64,000 bases of DNA from the human T2T-CHM13v2.0 reference genome, Homo sapiens: the NCBI RefSeq assembly GCF_009914755.1, contig NC_060940.1; one strand, written 5' to 3'. The position numbers were made by a program, and so were the translations under genes. Of this stretch, positions 1 to 13,030 are shown in pieces; position 1 is the stretch's first letter, and the number at the start of each line of letters is the position of its first letter. The notes beneath the pieces were generated by a model that did not search any database, was not told the DNA's origin, and worked only from the letters and a program-made list of their open reading frames with translations.

Positions 1-1145
1 AAACAATCCCATTTGGAATAGCTTACAAAGCAATAAAATACTTAGGAATAAATTTAACCCAGGAGGTGAAAAATCTATACACTGAAAACTATCAGACAGT
101 GATGAAAGAAACTGAAGAACACACAAATAGAACAATCTTGTGTTCATAGATTGAAAGAATTAATATTGTCAAAATGTCCATACAACCCAAGGTAATCTGC
201 AGATTTAATGCAATTCCTATCAAAATTTCAGTGACATTTTTCATAGAGGTAGAAAGAACAATCCTAAAATTCATATGAAATGAAAAAATTTTCCAAATAG
301 CCAAAGTAATCTTGGGCAAGAATAAAACAACATTGGAGGTATCACATTATCTAACTTCAAAATACACTACAAAGCTATAGTAATCAAACCAGATACATAG
401 ACAAATGGAACAGAATAGAAAACCCAGAAATAAATCTACACATTTATGGTTAACTGATCTTCTAAAAGGGTGCCAAGAACACACAATAGGAAAATGATCA
501 TTTCTCCAATAAATGGTTCTGAAAAAACTGAATATCTACATACAAAAGAATGAAATTGGGCCCTTATCTCACAGCATATACAAAAATCAATTCAAAATGG
601 ATTAAAGACTTAAATATAAGACCTGAAGTTATAAAACTACTAGAAGAAAACATAAGCAAAGCTCCAAGACATTGGTCTGGGCAATTATTCTTTTAAGTAT
701 AGCCCAAATAGCACAAGTAACAAAAGCAAAAGTAGACAAATGGGATTGCATCAAACTAAAATGCTTCTGCACAGCAAAGAAAATAATCAACAGAGTTAAG
801 AGACAACCTACAGAATGAGAGAAAATATTTGTAAGCCATACATCTGATAAGAGGTTAATATTCAAAATATATAAGAAACTCAATCAATTCCAAAGCAAGA
901 AAATAAATAACCCAATTTAAAAATGGGCAAAAGATCTAAATGGACATTTCTCAAATGAGGACATACAAATGGCCATTAGGTATCTGAAAAGGTGCTCAAT
1001 GACATTAATCATCGAGAAAATGCAAATCAAAACCACAAGATACCACCTCATATCTTAGAATGGCTATTATCAAAAGGACAAAGGATAACCAGTGTCAGTA
1101 AAGATGTAGAGAAAAGAGAACCCTTGTACACTGTTGGTAGAACTG
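1..1145 (+). mobile_element. L1 ORF2 3' region fragment (old L1M/L1PB-like, degraded)
   Basis: L1 ORF2 motifs (GAAAGAATTAATATTGTCAAAATG, AAATGGGATTGCATCAAACTAAA, AAAAATGGGCAAAAGATCTAAAT). Confidence 0.9.
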
Positions 1146-1149
1146 TTCC

Positions 1150-2770
1150 TTAATGTATGCACATTTTAAAAACTAGGAGTTTTGGGAATCCCTGGAAAGA
1201 ATGCAGATGTGACAAGAGAATCTTATGTGTAATATAAGTGTATGAAGCAATCTCACTGAAAGGAATGGGAGAAAAGGTGCTGACCTAAGTAACTTTGCAA
1301 ATGAGCAGAGTCTGTAAGACTAAGGGCAAAAGGAACTTCACATAAGCTTTGTACTGTAGTTGAAAAAGTTATTTCCTACATGATTGCAGATTAACAATTC
1401 TGAAATCACTACACATACATACCAGGATTGAACAATTAAGTAAATGAATGGTAGATGGTTGGAGCTAGGTTCCTTGCTGTTAGAGTGAGAATTTACAGAA
1501 AAGCAAGGAGAGGAGGCTAGAATGATCCATGTGGTAAGAGACATCAGTATGAACTCATCTTTAGCCTAGTATAAATATAAATATTTATGCCCAGAAATAC
1601 TTATTGATATATGCATATGCAAGGGTTAATATACACATATATTTTCTTTCTCTGTCAGCTAAGAGGTCCTACAAGCAATGACACCCCATGACAATGAAAA
1701 TACCCAATGCCCAGATCTTGGTTTCTAATACCAAAAAAAAAAAAAGAAACCAGGGCTTCTCTGCGAAATGGCTGATTCTAGGGCAGGACTAGGAAATGTT
1801 TAAAATGATCCAGGAGTGTCTTGAAGTGCCAGAAAGTGAGGAAGTTAAAAAAAAAAAAAACTACATTGAAAGGGGTATGTTAAGTGGACACAGCAGCGAA
1901 CTGAAAGAATTCCTAATGCCCCAAACTGCAAGAATTTGAGCAACGAAATAAAAAAGTAATGCCTTATAATCTAATGTATAAAATAAGTATCCATGAATCT
2001 ATACTGATATAAATAAATGATTGAATAAAGAGAAGAGACAAATCTTTCTTGCAAGAGAATTCAAAATAATTTATGTGCTTGGCTCTCAACAAGAGGAAGA
2101 ATAATTCTTCACTCCTTAAATATATGCTGGACATAGTGACTCCCTGCCAAAGAATACAGTATAGAAAGGAGGGAAGGAGGTGGAGATTAACTTTACAGTG
2201 GAGAAACCTGAAAAACTACCTAGCCAGGTGACGAAGGTCAGTATCAACAGTGATAAGTCACACTGATAGCATGCACCATTAATAGATGTGTTGAAAAAGC
2301 ACTTTACTTCTGCGGTCTTCCTCCCAAAAGTTCATAACTCGTCTATAATCATGAGAAAATATTAGATAAATTCTCATAGAGGGGTATCCTACAAACATTT
2401 GACAGTACTCCTTGGAACTGCCAAGGTCATCCAAAGGAAACTTCTGAGAAACCATTACAGCCAAGAGGAGCCTAAGGAGACGTGCTGACTAAATATAATC
2501 TAGTGTCCTGGATGGGATCCTGGAACAGAAAAAGAAGTTAGATAAAAACTAAGGAAACCTGAAAAAGCATGAACTTTAATCATAATTTATGATTATTAAA
2601 ATTGGCTCATTAATTGCAACAAATGTACCATACTAATGTAAGATGTTAATAACAGGGGAAGCTGGGTGAGAGGGAAACTCCGTGTTTCTATATGGAAACT
2701 TTCTGTGTTATCTTCTCAATTTTTCTGTAAACCTACAATGGTTCTAAAAAATAAAGTGTATTGAAAACAA
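1150..2770 (+). mobile_element. L1M (L1MC-like) 3'UTR fragment
   Basis: GGATGGGATCCTGGAACAGAAAAAG, AAATGTACCATACTAATGTAAGATGTTAATA, ends in AAAAATAAAG. Confidence 0.7.
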
Positions 2771-3745
2771 AATTACTTCCTCCCTGAAGTCCTCTGCCTC
2801 CCCCGAGATCCCGTGGGACTTGGCACCTCTGTCTACTGTGGCACTGACCACATCTGCACATATCTATCCCCAGCAGTTCCTAAACCTCTGCCACAGCACC
2901 ATCCCTGCCATCGTTTGAGAAAAGGGGATTGCGTTTTCTGAGAACTGCTTTAAATACAACGACCTGTGCTTGCATGCAGATGTCCTGGTCTGTTCCTGAA
3001 ATAGCCCATCCCACTTCCTGTCACCAACTCCAAGGACACTGCTGTCTCCATTAGGGGACTTGGGTGTCCCATGTGGACTGACACCTTCCCTTCAGAGGCC
3101 AGGGATCACTTCGGCTTATTCCAAGATGAAGCTCCAGGACCAGAATCCAGTCAAGCTCCCTCCCCTTTTGCCCAACTGCTCTCCACCTCCTTTCTGGGGC
3201 TCAGGGACCCTCTCTGCCTCAACGGCGATCAGTTGCCTAGAATCAGGAATGCAAGCTTTAGTTGGGATTGTTTTCCCCACCACCTGAAGCAGTTAAGAAG
3301 TTCTATTTTTAAAGCCCTTGGTTTCTGTCTGTCTCGCTCAGAGGGTGGCTGGTGCTCCAGGACTCTGCTCAGGATAAATGCTCCATCTTTTGCTCTTCTC
3401 TCTCTCTCGGCTTTTATGCCATCGCCAATATCATCCTCCCCCTGGTGCTGTCAGGGAAGCTGGGCTTGTAATTCTTCCAGGGAAGGCATTAGAAAGAAAG
3501 AAATTAAGTTCAATCAAAGTGTCAGGCCTGAATTGTTTGTGTGTGGAGGTGCAGGTGAGAGGAGCTTAATAAGTTCACCTCTGTGCCTCAGTCTTCCCCT
3601 GTCTTCTCTCCCCCCCTACCCCACCATACTGTAGGCACTTGACCTTCATTAGGTGACCAGAGGGGCTAATCAAATAAACTAGTCCCAATCCTGTATCAGA
3701 AGCCAATCATAGCAGCAGTCTCAAGAGGATAGACTTGGCTATAGG

Positions 3746-4032
3746 AACATACATACACACACACACTCACACAACACATACACACACACTCACATGCACA
3801 TACACACATATATACATATACACACACATATATATACACAAATACACATATACATGTATACACACATGCACACACATACACATAGACACACATACACATG
3901 CACAAATATATACATACATGCACACACATACACATAGACACACATACATACACACACATAAAAATACACACACATACACACATGCAAACACATATATACA
4001 CATACACACATGCACACACATACACACACATG
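3746..4032. repeat. Degenerate (CA/TA)n alternating purine-pyrimidine microsatellite, about 290 bp
   Basis: Directly visible; explains the C/V/Y/M and H/T/I ORFs in the track. Confidence 0.97.
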
Positions 4033-4164
4033 CAGAGCAACCACTGAAGTCTTTGTAACATGACAACATGGGCTAAGACCCAATTGTCTTGGTGTCCCCC
4101 TCAGCCAGCTCATCTCTGCCAAGGCTTCTTGACCCATCTTAACGCTGGTGAGGCTGAAGTCTAT

Positions 4165-5110
4165 TCCTTCAGCTCAGACCTGTCCTCTAGCCTCCAGACC
4201 CTGATATCTTGCTGTCTGTTTGCCATTGACATGTAATACCTCAAAGGAACCTCGAATTCCATGTCCTCACTGACCTCACTACCCCTCCCCACCATTTAGT
4301 TCTTCCCTCAAGGAGTAGCAGTGCATAGCATAACCAGAAATCTCAGAGAAATCAGAGACCACCCCCCATGCCTCTCTCCCTGCGCTGCATCCTAATCCAT
4401 CACTAAATCCTCAGGATTTAGCCCTAGATAGCTCTCAAATCCATCTAGTGTTCTCTAACCTCACTGTCACGGCCCTAGTCCACCTGCCTTTATCCCTGAG
4501 CCTGGTGGCCATCACAGCCTTGCCAGTATCTGCCTGCTTCCATTCCTGTCCCTGTCCAGGCCATCCCCTTCCCCACAGCCCCCATGGCGTTCTGTACATG
4601 TACAGACAATCGTAGCACTCCTCTGCTTTAAATCTTCCTACACGGGCCCATTGCTCTCAGAATGAAGGCCTAAATCCTCACCCTGGCCTGCCAGGACTTC
4701 CACGATCTGACTCCTGCAGCTCTCCAGCCTCATCCTGACCTCTTTCCCACCCTTACTTTTGGGGCAACACTATCTCTTCCTCAGTCTTTCCAGTGCTTCC
4801 ACAGATTCATGATATTTTCCACCCTTGGGGCGTTGCCCATGCTATTCTTTCTGCCTGGAATGTTCTCTCCCCACCCAATCTTGGCCTAGCTAATTCCTAA
4901 CTTCAAATCTCAGCTCAACATCACACTCGCTGAGGGCTCATTGTTCTTCATGTAGGCATTTGGTCCATAGTATTTATAACTCTTTGTGGTTATGTAACAC
5001 AATATTATTATTGAGTTAAGGTGTACCTACTAGCTTGAGAGCAGGGACTGTGTCTGGTTCATGCTATAGTCTAGGCCCCTGGAACAATATCTGGCTCATT
5101 GTAAGGTTCA
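4165..5110 (+). mobile_element. L2 fragments
   Basis: L2-type motifs (CCTCTGCTTTAAATCTTCC, TCTGCCTGGAATGTTCTC, GAGAGCAGGGACTGTGTC). Confidence 0.65.
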
Positions 5111-5122
5111 ATAGCTGCTTTT

Positions 5123-5830
5123 TTGTTCCTTTTTTCTTTTTTTTTTTAAATTATACTTTAAGTTCTGGAGTGCATGTGCAGAATGTGCAGTTTCGTTATG
5201 TAGGTATACACGTGTCATGGTGTTTGCTGCACCCATCAACCCATCACCTAAATTAGGTATTTCTCCTAATGTTATCCCTCCCCTAGCCCCCCACCCCCTG
5301 ACAGGCCCCAGTGTGTGATGCTTCCCTCCCTATGTCCATGTGTTCTCATTGTTCAACTCCCACTTATAAGTGAGAATATGCGGTGTTTGGTTTTCTGTTC
5401 TTGTGATAGTTTGCTGAGAATGATTGTTTCCAGCTTCATTCATGTCCCTGCAAAGGACATGAACCCATCCTTTTTTGTGGCTGCATAGTATTCCATGGCA
5501 TATATGTGCCACATTTTCTTTATCCGGTCTATTATTGATGGACATTTGGGTTGGTTCCAAGTCTTTGCTATTGTGAATAGTGCCGCAATAAACATACATG
5601 TGCATGTGTCTTTATAGCAGAATGATTTATAATCCTTTGGTATATACTCAGTAATGGGAATGCTGGGTCAAATGGCATTTCTAGTTCTAGATCCTTGAGG
5701 AATCACCATACTGTCTTCCACAATGGTTGAACTAATTTACACTCCCACCAACAGTGTAAAAGCGCCCCTATTTCTCCACATCCTCTCCAGCATCTGTTGT
5801 TTCCTGATGTTAGAATGGTGATCATTAAAA
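5123..5830 (-). mobile_element. 5'-truncated L1PA with short 5' inversion and TSD
   Basis: Poly-T then TTATACTTTAAGTTCTGG (L1PA 3' end); TSD AATAGCTGCTTTT (5110-5122) / AATGGCTGCTTTT (5830-5842). Confidence 0.92.
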
Positions 5831-6254
5831 ATGGCTGCTTTTATATAAATACATGGGTCCTCCTAAGAACTCTGACAAGTAGGATTTTATTATCCTTCTT
5901 CATATCTGGCTCAGAAATACTCTACAACTTACCCAGGTCACACAACTGTTTGTAACAGAGACAAGCTTTGGACAAGACCTAGATGCCTCTAAAGCCCATG
6001 CTCCTGATCAGTATTTATACTGCCTTGTCCCTCTTCGTTCATGGGACCTATGGGCTAGGTATGTCCAGAGACTTCCTTCCTTCTGACCAAACACTACTCA
6101 TGCAGGGGGAGAGGGTAACGAACCCCACAGAGCCAGGGCGTGAGGGTCAAGACATACACAAATCCTATGGAGAAAGCACTTGCCTTATTGGTCACCCAGC
6201 ATATCACTATATGTGCACACCTTTTGTTAGTCTTATGAATAATAACTAACATTT

Positions 6255-7049
6255 ACTACAAATGGCCAAAAAAATATGAAAAATGCTCAACATCACTAAT
6301 GATCAGGGAAACGCAAATCAAAAGCACAATGTGATACCAACTTACTCCTGCAAGAATGGCCATAAGCAAAAAATCAAATAATGGTAGATGTTGGCGTGGA
6401 TGCGGTGAACAGGGAACAGTTCTGCATTGCTGTTGGGAATGTAAACTAGTACAACTACTATAAAAAACAATGTGTAGATTCCTTAAATAACTAAACGTAG
6501 AACTACCATTTGCTCCAGCAATCCCATTGTTGGGTGTCTACCCGAGGAAAAGAAGTCATTCTATGAAAAAGGTACTTGCACGTACATGTTTAAAGCAGCA
6601 CAATTCACATTTGCAAAAATGTGGAACCAACCCAAATGCCCATCACACAGCAAGTGGATAAAGAAACTATGGTATATACATACAATGGAATAGTACTCAG
6701 CTATAAAAATGAATGAATTAATGACATTCACAGCAACCTGGATGAAATTGAAGACTATTATTCTAAGTGAAGTATCACAGGAATGGAAAACCAAACATCA
6801 TATGTTCTCACTCATAAGTGGGGGCTAAGCTATAAGGATGCAAAGGCATAAGAATGACACAATGGACTTTGGGGACACAGGAGAAAAAGGTGGGAAGGGG
6901 GTGAGGGATAAAAGGCTACAAATCGGGTTCAGTGTATACTGCTCGGGTGATGGGTGCACCAAAATCTCACAAATCGCTACTAAAGCACTTACTCATGTAA
7001 CCAAACACCACCTGTTCCCCAATAACCTACAGAAATAAAAAAAAATTAA
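6255..7049 (+). mobile_element. 5'-truncated L1PB-like element with perfect 18-bp TSD
   Basis: 3'UTR motif TACTGCTCGGGTGATGGGTGCACCAAAATCTCACAAATC; TSD GAATAATAACTAACATTT at 6237-6254 and 7050-7067. Confidence 0.9.
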
Positions 7050-7500
7050 GAATAATAACTAACATTTGCTGGGTGCCTACTGTGTGCCTTGTACCATTTT
7101 AAGTGTCTCACATATTCCTTTAATTAAGCCTCACCACCATCTGATGACGTGGCCATTATTATTATCTCCATTTTCAGGGGAGAAAACTGAGGCCCACACA
7201 AAAGAATAAATAACTTACTGAAAGCTACACAGCTGATCAGGGCAGAGCTGGAATACAAAGCCAGACAGGCTATGCCTCAAGAGCCCACATTTTCAGCCAT
7301 CACTTCAACCAGAGAAACTTACTTGGCTCCGCTGTCTACAGCTTTGGGCAATCAAGATGCCCAGTCTGCCCCTAGATGAAGCTGTCTGGGTTTGTATCCC
7401 AGCTCTGCCCTGATCAGCTGTGTAGGTTTCAGCAAGTTATTTATTTTGTGTGTGTGGGCCTCAGTTTTCTCAAGTGAAAAATGAAGAGTCTTCTCTCTAG
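7050..7500. mobile_element. Two inverted MIR-derived arms
   Basis: MIR core GAGAAAACTGAGGC on + at 7180 and CCTCAGTTTTCTC at 7459-7471. Confidence 0.8.
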
Positions 7501-8544
7501 GGACATTAAATGTTGAGCTTAGTGACACAAGAATAAAAATCACTGTCGTTGATACATCGTGAAGGTGGGATCCCAAAGGCACTGTCATCATTCCTGTCCC
7601 CTAGAACCCACAGCTCAGAGCTGTCCTCCTGCTCCCTGTCTTTTCCTGAGCCCACTTCTTTAGCTTTCACTTCAATGCTGTGTGCTGCCCCAGGGCATAG
7701 GAAGAAATTCCTTTTTGCCTAAAATAGACAATTTCTGTTCTTTGCAACCAGAGTCCTCATAGAACTCCCAGTTGAGGCTCAAATCATGGACTATGGCCTT
7801 TGATGTTCTATGGCAGGTTTTCTTACACTTGGATATTAAGCCAACACTGTATCAAAAAAAAAAAGAGGGCAGCAGGGAGCTCAGTGCCTGTCACAGGGAA
7901 ACTCAAGGAGGTGGTGGAGAAAGGACAGGGGCCTCCTAGATCAGGAGGGGGATCAGGGATGCCCAGCCCAGGAATGGGTATGAGAAAGGCAAGAAGGTGG
8001 ATGCTCACATTCAAAGGGGCAAGCAGATCCAAGAGTGGCATTGGTCAGGGAGGGACAGCAGACAAGGTGGCTTTGGCAGTGTGAAGGAAAATGACAAGAG
8101 TCAGGTGGGCAGGCTCTCCAGCAGGTACAGTTTGTATAACAGCCTTTGTGAAGCCACCTTCAGCATCCATGCAGAAGCCAGACAGAAACACAGTGTGCAG
8201 CAATGGGCTGTCACCATTAAGGCAGAAAGTAAGGATGCAGTAACCACATGGCCTGCCTCCCAGGCATCCTATGGAGAAGTGAACGTGTTAGCCAATACAG
8301 GCGGGATGCCCCTTTCTCCTGCAAGACACACTGATGCTAATTACACTTCTCAGATGAACTCCTCAGTATTACAGAAGTAACATCATTTGTATAATCAGAT
8401 TTCACTATGGGAAATAATAAGTAACCCCATTTCCCTCCCACATTCCACTCCACCCTGAAAACGACACATAATCAGAGGGAAAGATGAGAGGCTGATTCAG
8501 CAGATGTTGATTCACTACCTCTATGCCATCATCCATGCCAGGTG

Positions 8545-8710
8545 TTGGGAGCAATTGTTTACAAAACTGGGCTGCAAATCAAAATTCACACATAGGACTT
8601 GTAAAACTGCAGAGGGTCCAGACCCAGCCGAGAGCTACTGGATCAGAATATTAGGAGCAGGAACCAGCAGGTGCACTTCACACAAGCTACTGGGTGAAGC
8701 TACTGGCTGA
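8545..8710. mobile_element. MER5-like hAT-Charlie DNA transposon remnant
   Basis: GCTACTGGATCAGAAT...CACAAGCTACTGGGTGA pattern. Confidence 0.5.
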
Positions 8711-8719
8711 AGAGTAGAT

Positions 8720-9270
8720 GAGGCCAGAGATTTAGTGAGGTAGGGTGGGATGCAGGACAGATCATAAAGGGCCATGACAAATAGCTTAAATTTTATTGTA
8801 AATGAGCAGGAAACCCATTTGGAAGTTTAGCAGAGGAGTGCCATAATCTGACTCACATGCTGTGGCTGCAGTGGGGAGAATAGATGTAGGACAACAAGAC
8901 AGCAGGCCACAAGACAAATGGGGTGACTGCCATTGTCCAAGGGGGAGGTGATGGTGGCCTGGATCAGCTGACTTTTGGGTTTATTTTAAAGGTAAAGTGG
9001 ATATGACTTTGGAGATGGATTGGATATCAAGTGTAAAAGAGTAAGACGAGTTCAGGATAATGCCAGAGTGTCTGGTCTGGGCTACCAGAAGCATGGGGTT
9101 ACCATTAACTGAGAAGGAAAAGACTTCGACAGGAGCAGCTTTGGAGACAGAAGACCAGGGGCTCCATTTTAAACATGGTATATCTGAGATGCATGTTAGC
9201 CATGTGAGTGAATATGCGGAGTGAAGAGTTGGGTATCAGAGTCTAGGGTTAGGATTGAGGCTGGGTGGTC
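8720..9270 (-). mobile_element. L2 fragment
   Basis: GGAGGTGATGGTGGCCTGGA, GATGGATTGGATAT, CCATTAACTGAGA motifs. Confidence 0.7.
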
Positions 9271-9325
9271 CTTTAATTTTCTGTGCTATTTTTCAGTTTT
9301 CATTTGGAAATCTTCCTCCTCCTTC

Positions 9326-9369
9326 TACACACACACAGACACACACACACACACACACAAACACACACA
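9326..9369. repeat. (CA)n microsatellite, interrupted
   Basis: Visible. Confidence 0.95.
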
Positions 9370-9899
9370 ATCCTTGAGGCTTAAATGAAGTGGACTCCAC
9401 TCTCTAACTTGATGAGGGGGAAATGACTTAGACCACCAATTCGAACCTGCATTGCCTTTCCATAGAAATGGTTTTAGAGATTGGCATAAGATTCCTTTAC
9501 AATTTCTTCCACAAAAGATTCCTTTTCTTCTGTGGAAAAAAACCACATTTGTGACATAATTAAATAACAATACCAGGGTGCATGAACATGAGAACTTTTC
9601 AAAGACTTTTGAGATCGAGGACTTGAAGCAGAGACAATGAAAGAGTTGGAGCTTCTGCAGCTGTATTGTGACTGTGAGGAGTGAAGGGAACTGAGTGCAT
9701 GAGATAGACAGAGACCAGGCATGAATGATCAAGTTATGTCGGCAGCGATCTTTGTCTTTCATACTTACTTTTCTGTTATATGAGCCACCGGTAAATTCTC
9801 TTCCAAAAGAAAAAAACCTTCCAGGTCTGCCATAACTCGTCTGTGGACTGGTATTTGGAAATAACTATGGTCTATATATGGTCCTATGCCATCACAACT

Positions 9900-10030
9900 C
9901 AAGTGTGGTGTGCAAACTCATAACATGGGAGCTTGTTAGAATCGGGAAATCTCAGGCCCTAGCCCATATCAAAGGAATGAGAATCTTCCTCTTAATGAGA
10001 TCTCCAGATGATCTGTATGCATGAATAAGC
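9900..10030. mobile_element. MER5-like remnant
   Basis: GGAGCTTGTTAGAA...AATCTCAGGCCC...AGATCTCCAGATGATCTGTATGCA. Confidence 0.55.
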
Positions 10031-10599
10031 ATTATTAGGCCACAAGGAGCTTGTGCTCTTCTGCAGAAAAAAAGACACATTTGTGATATAATTAAATAAC
10101 AATGCTAGGGTGCATAAGCATTGGCAAAATTGCCTTGGGAGCAATAGTAATAACAACTCTACTATTTACTGTGCACTAACTCTGGGAAGGAGCTGCCCAT
10201 CTCACTATCAGTTGGCTCCACAGCAATGCAAAGAAATACCAGCTGACTAATGGTACGGGATCCAGCCATAACTGGCATACAGCTGTGAGCAAAGAAGAGC
10301 CTTTGGAGCATGCTTCAGGAGGCATCTCACAATTCTAACAAAGACCAAGACATGCTCAAAATTATATTCCACCATTCGGTAAAATACAGACATTTGCTTT
10401 TGAACCCCTGTGGAAATTCTAGTTCCCATTTTCATAGGTAATGACTTATCAATCCTAATAGAACTAGACATTATTGCTCCATTCATTTTAACAGATGAGC
10501 AAACCAAAGCTCAGAGATGTTAAGCTCTCCACCTAAAGTCACACAGCCAGGAAGTAGCCAACCTCACATGCATTCCCCTCTTTAGTAACAGCTGCTCCC

Positions 10600-11050
10600 A
10601 GATAAGGCTCCCTCTTCCCAACTCCATCTCCACCCCCACCTGGCTCCATGCTTGGCCAATTAGCTCATTTCTTTTTCTGTGACCATACAGATTGGTTCTG
10701 GGAATGCACATGACTTAGAGTTAGTTGAATATCCATCAGCTGTGGAATTTTTGCTGGCACTGTAGGGGAGAAAAGTGCTCTTTTCCTAATGGGGAAACTA
10801 GGCAAGGAGAATGTGAGCCTGTTATTGCTCGAGTCAAATTGTCACAATTAGGGACCTAGAAATAGGCCTGCCTGTGTGAAAAAGGGCTGATTTCTGATGA
10901 TGTATTTAAGCATCTGGATTCAGCCATACCTGAATTCAACACCCCTTGGATTTTTTGGTTCTGGGAGTGAGTAAATTCTTTTGGGAGGGTGGTACTAAAG
11001 CCAGTTTGAGCTGAGTTTCAGTCATCTGAAACCACAAGAGTCCTGAGTAC
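10600..11050 (+). mobile_element. MLT1 (MaLR) solo LTR
   Basis: GATTGGTTCTGGGAATGCACATGAC, CAGCCATACCTGAA, AAGCCAGTTTGAGCTGAGTTTC. Confidence 0.65.
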
Positions 11051-12079
11051 AGTTATAAAGTCAGTCTTCAAAACCAGCTCTGCTTCAAAGCCTATTCTCT
11101 TAATCAGTGCTTGCTACTCTGCCATACAACAGGGGTGAAATCCAAAGGTCATGAAAATTGAGTTGGATCAAGAGGCACTTACAATGGTGTGGGAGTGGCT
11201 TAATGCAACTGAAATAGACAGCCAAGTCCCTAACATTACTTTCTTATCCTTCTCTGTACTACACTCTCTTGTGCTGGACTGTGGGTGAGGCAGGCTCCCC
11301 GCCTGGTTTTTCTACGGACCTGCAGAGCAGAGCTGCTGCTGGGCAGGTACGCAGAGATTCTGAGGTCAGTATTGTCGAACCAATGTTTTGATTGACAACT
11401 CCAAGCCACCTAGGTATTTCTGTGGTGGATATTTTACAGTCTGAGGATAAGTATCTTTTCTCAGCAGCTTTAGACTCACATTGCTGCTATTTCTGCCCCC
11501 ACTGCTCCCTTCTCCCATCTTGGGGAGAGTCACGAAGCTGCTTCTGTCTTATGCATGACTCTTCAGGCCTCACTCTCATCCCTGAGTCCTCATCTCAACA
11601 CCCACTTCTGCTCCGTGTTGAGCAACAGCTCCAGGAATGGCATCCAGAATGCTTTTCATCTCTGCCCCAGACCAAAGACCCTCTGCTCCTTGTTCTCTGT
11701 TTCCCACTTGCAGGATAACTTCTGCAAGAAAAAATTCAATAATTCACAGCTAACGTCAGTTTTCCCTAGCCCAATCACATGCTTGAGCTGAATTATGCAA
11801 TTTTAACAGCAGATATTAACAAGGAAAAGGCCCATTTATTGGGCATGTGGCTAAGAGACCAGTTTTCCAGCTGCATCCTTGAGCTCACAGCTCCTGATGC
11901 ACTTCCCCTCAATATGAAGATGGTTTCTGGTGGGTGACAAGTTTAATGGCTCCCATGGACCTCAGCTTCTCCTGAGCTCCTGAGGAGAGGGACTAATGAG
12001 GAGATGGCTCTGCTCTGATGGAGCAGAAGCCCTGAGCTCTGGGGACCAGGATTCTATGGCTGGTTTGCCATTCCATCAT

Positions 12080-12690
12080 TCATACATGAATCAAGCCCCT
12101 ACTATTCTAGGCTCTCTTCCAATCACTGAGAATAAAGTAAGACAAAAGGCAGCAAGGTTCCTATCCCCAGGGAGGGAGAGAGGCAGTAAACAAGTGAACA
12201 GATAAATGAGCATTTTCCAGGGTCACAACTGCCATAAGGAAAATAAAGCAAGGCAGTATGATAGAGCTCAGCTGGTAAAGAAGAGGTGTCTCAATATTAG
12301 ACAGAGTGATCAGGATGGTGCCTCACTGCAAAGGTGACTTTTTAGCTCAGATACAAAAGTAGAGAAGGAAATGGCCACAGCAATAAGTGGGAGATGGAAG
12401 AGTATCCCTTGCGCATAAAGGATCGACAGGTGAAGATTCTGGGACAGGACACAGCTTGGCATATTCTAGGAACTAACAGAAATCCAGAATGAGCTAATTT
12501 GCAATAGAGAAAAACAATAGAGGATGATGTCTCAGAAGTTAGCAGAGGCCCCATCACGGAAGGCTTGGAGGCTACTATAAGGAGTTTTGGTTCACACTGG
12601 ATAGTTTTAAGCAGAAGAGTCACTTGACTTAGTTTACATTTTGAGAAGCTCACTCTGGCAAGTGAGGAAAAAATGGGTTAAGAAGAGTCC
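12080..12690 (-). mobile_element. L2 fragment
   Basis: TTTTAAGCAGAAGAGTCAC, ACAGCTTGGCATATTCTAGGAAC. Confidence 0.7.
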
Positions 12691-12703
12691 TAAGAAGGCT
12701 CAT

Positions 12704-12805
12704 AGCCAGGCTCAAGCATGTAATCCCAGCACTTTGAGGCAGGTAGATTGCTTGAGGTCAGGAGTTTGAGACTAGCCTGGCCAACACAGTGAAACCCCAT
12801 CTGTA

Positions 12806-12839
<34 letters not shown>

Positions 12840-13030
12840 AGGCAGGCGTGGTGGCTCATGCCTGTAGTCCCAGCTATTGGGGAGGCTGAGGCAGGAAGAT
12901 CATTGGAACCTAGAGGCAGAAGCTGCAGTGAGCCGAGATCAAGACACTGCACTCCAGTGGGCAACAGAACTAGACTTCACCTCCCCCCACCCCACCCCTC
13001 TACCACTCCCCAAAAAAAAACAAAAACAAA
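12704..13030 (+). mobile_element. Old Alu with deletions and an expanded ~30-nt internal poly-A
   Basis: TGTAATCCCAGCACTTTG, GAGGTCAGGAGTTTGAGAC, A-run at 12808-12837. Confidence 0.92.

Noticed and set aside
3071-3634. 187-aa ATG ORF
   Set aside because: No recognisable homology, composition typical of chance ORFs, no promoter context.
3696-4137. Four overlapping 100-121 aa ORFs rich in C/V/Y/M or H/T/I
   Set aside because: Translations of the (CA/TA)n microsatellite.
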